Origin: Chiloscyllium plagiosum
Lineage: Eukaryota
Reading direction: 5' to 3'
Assembly: GCF_004010195.1 (NCBI RefSeq)
Contig: NC_057732.1
Span: forward strand, 15,209,951 to 15,273,950
DNA: 64,000 nucleotides
Positions within the stretch are counted from its first letter, which is position 1; each line of letters begins with the position of its first letter. Shown one piece after another: positions 61,339 through 64,000 of the stretch. The notes under the pieces are model-generated. The model worked only from the letters and a program-made list of their open reading frames with translations. It was not told where the DNA came from and made no database searches. Made by a program: the position numbers and the translations under genes.

Positions 61339-63938
61339 GTAAGCAGGGTTTTGATGTGTTAAAACACACAAGGCTATAATTACTGCAATGCATTCGAAAG
61401 CTGTATTTTACTTCTGAATTCTGGGTTCACATCTAACTGAGGGGGTGAAACTAAACCCCTTTCCCTTCAATGAGAAGTTAACATTAACGTTATAGTCTCT
61501 ATTCCCTCTAAGATCACCCACGTTTCTGTCTATATCTATTATTACATCTGATTATGGTTAAATATAATTTGTTTCACTGATCTCATTGTCATTTAAATTA
61601 ATTTATAATAAGCAAATGCTTTGAGGGGAAATTTATTTTCATCATGCAGCAGAAATGTGACTTGAAGATTGTTGAAATCAGATAGACAATAGCCACTCCA
61701 TTCTGATTTCAAAGCAATGTGTACATTTGATGATTCGTGTATTCAAATCAGTTCCCTGGCCCCTTTAAACTGTGATAAAGAGCAAGGTGCCCTCAGTATC
61801 TGCGTCACCATTCACAAACAGGGCTTGGGACCAATGTGGTAACTCCAGATAATTTGGAAATTCCCTTTTTCGTGTTTATGATAAGACAAGTTCCTGTCTG
61901 ACTTGCATATATGTGGGTGTTCAGCCTCCTTGAGGTATCCTGCAAATCCACAGAGCCCCATCAGCCTCCTACCCAACCTAGCAATGTGCCCCTCCCTCAC
62001 CTTCCAGTTACAGTCACCCCATTTGCCTGGCGCCTGGCAACTGGTCGGGAGTCTATAGTTCACCCGATTTTCCAGAGCTTCCCACTGACCTCCGTCTTCT
62101 TTTGGGTATCAAGTTAGCAGTTATTGCATTGATGAAGCCTAGTTATTACTATCACTGTGACCTTCTGTTTCCCCACTCAGACAGCCCATGAGGATCATTT
62201 GCGGCTTTTCAACTGTTCACCATTGACTTCTGTATCTAAAGTTACATCTTTAGTTAATTGTCTAAATCCTTCAGTTTAACGTGTGCCTTTCAGAACTGTT
62301 GTGATTGTTTCTGACACAAATGACATGTTGGGGAAAGTAATCATTTCTATTTCTTCCTTTTCCAACTCCTGACCACTCAATGTGACACACTATCTTCCAA
62401 GGATTCATTGTTAATCTCCTCATATGGAAATATGTCAGGAATGCACAATGAGAGAAAAAAAATGCTTTGTTATTTGGTAAAACTTTTATTTTCTTCAGCT
62501 GTAAACAACGGCAATGGAATAGCACAGGAAGAGATTGTTTTCCTTGAGGTGATATCGCAAATATTTTGTGTGTTGATTACACATTTGGGAAACTCAGGGA
62601 GGTGACAGAATTAATGTGAAAGTGGTTTAATTGCTGTGCTATGATCACTCCACTGCTGTTTTGTCCAGGAATATCTTTGGGTTCTACATAAAATGTCTGA
62701 GTCTCAGGTGGAAGCTTCATTGGTGACAAAAGGGGGACCCAAAGACATATTTAGTGCCTAGTGGTTGGAATGGATGCTGTAAACAGATTGCATTGGAAAA
62801 TGTGGTGGTGCAATAGGGAAGTGATGTGTTGAAATGGTTTGTAAGGGAAAAGTAGATTCAGGAGAGCACGTCTGGGTTCCACGAAAATAATGTAGGTCAC
62901 TGCCTCTAGGTTCCTCTCCCCCCTAATTGCAATCCAACCCAGTTGGGTTAGCCAGCTGTGGGATGCTTCATTATGCCAAGTCACAATTGTACAGCTGTAA
63001 AGGCAACCATAGCTCAGTTGGGTAAATGCCCACACAGGTGGAAATAGTTTCTATTTTATTAGTACAGAAAATGGAACAATAATAGTTGTGGGAATAACAA
63101 TATTCTACAGCCACATACATTGGTACTGGTCCTTTTGTCAGTAACAATATCCCATGCTGGATGTAGAAGCATTCCCAAAAAACGCTTGACACCAAGTTGT
63201 ATAGCGATACTAAGACAGTTGGCCAAACTCTTGATCAAAGACATAGGCTTTGGGGAGGAGAGGGAAGCAAACACCAAAGAGGCATATGGAGTGAATTCCA
63301 TAACTTTGTGCTGACTCAGCTGAATGATGACATTCTGGACATCTAGGATTCACAAGAAACCTGGTTTGAAAAAGAACAGAGACCTCCGAGGATTGTAGGG
63401 TTGGAAGAGTTTAAAAGGAAGATACAAAAAGGTAAGGTCATAGAGAGAGCTGAACACAAGGCTGGCAGATTAGGAAACAATATGGGTCAGCAGATAATGG
63501 GTGTCAAGGCACTGGCAGTAATATTCTGTTTATAATAATTCACGAGAAACAGCTTCTTTAATTCTTTTATGGTACGTGTCACGAGCTAGGTAGCATTTGT
63601 TGCTCATTCCTAACTATGACTGAGAAAATGATAGTGACCAGCATTCTTGAACTATAGTTGATCTGGTGTAGATACGCTCCATTGCTGTCAAGAATGGAAT
63701 TCCAGGATTTTGACCAATGACCAAAGGAAGGAATGGCCATATAATTCCAAATGAGGATGTTGTGTGGCTTAGAGTGGACATTTCAAATGCTGTTGGTCCC
63801 ATGCATTTGCTGCCGTTGCCCTTTTACGTTTGTGTAGATCACAGGCTTGGAAGGTGCTGTCAAAGGCAGCTTAGTGACTACACATTGCACTGATATGTCA
63901 ACACATTTATCATGTGTCTTGTATAATTATGTTTCTAG

Positions 63939-64000
63939 ATATGACCCCAGAAAGCATCACATGGACTCTGATTGCCAGTGCTGCCATGAAGACAAGACTG
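63939..64000 (+). CDS. Mucin-like exon M (cystine knot, second half; runs off the window)
   Basis: tag|YDPRKHHMDSDCQCCHEDKT; CxCC motif. Confidence 0.9.

Overview
Eukaryotic, AT-rich vertebrate DNA, most likely a shark or other elasmobranch (HE1/V-SINE, HER1/CR1 LINEs, Deu-domain SINE, Penelope elements). Genes resolved by hand from splice sites and translation: (1) 3' end of an unidentified plus-strand gene (48-3876, four phase-compatible exons, one GC donor); (2) complete TPRKB on the minus strand (4 coding exons, 175 aa); (3) complete ALG10 on the plus strand (3 exons, 471 aa), head-to-head with TPRKB across a ~0.4 kb GC/CCAAT-box promoter; (4) a gel-forming-mucin-like gene (13 exons, 42772 to beyond 64000: CysD-VWD(GDPH)-C8-TIL-VWC-cystine knot) with no N-terminal D1-D3 or long PTS exons visible. 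The rest is mobile DNA: many CR1 and other LINE fragments, a decayed Gmr1-type Gypsy element (integrase before RT, 4-bp TSD), a solo LTR, Harbinger and Tigger relics, and about a dozen Penelope-derived segments with hammerhead-ribozyme cores, four of them fold-back inserts with 11-15 bp TSDs. There are two assembly gaps (40909-41408, 55505-55959). No database searches were run; family assignments come from motif recognition.
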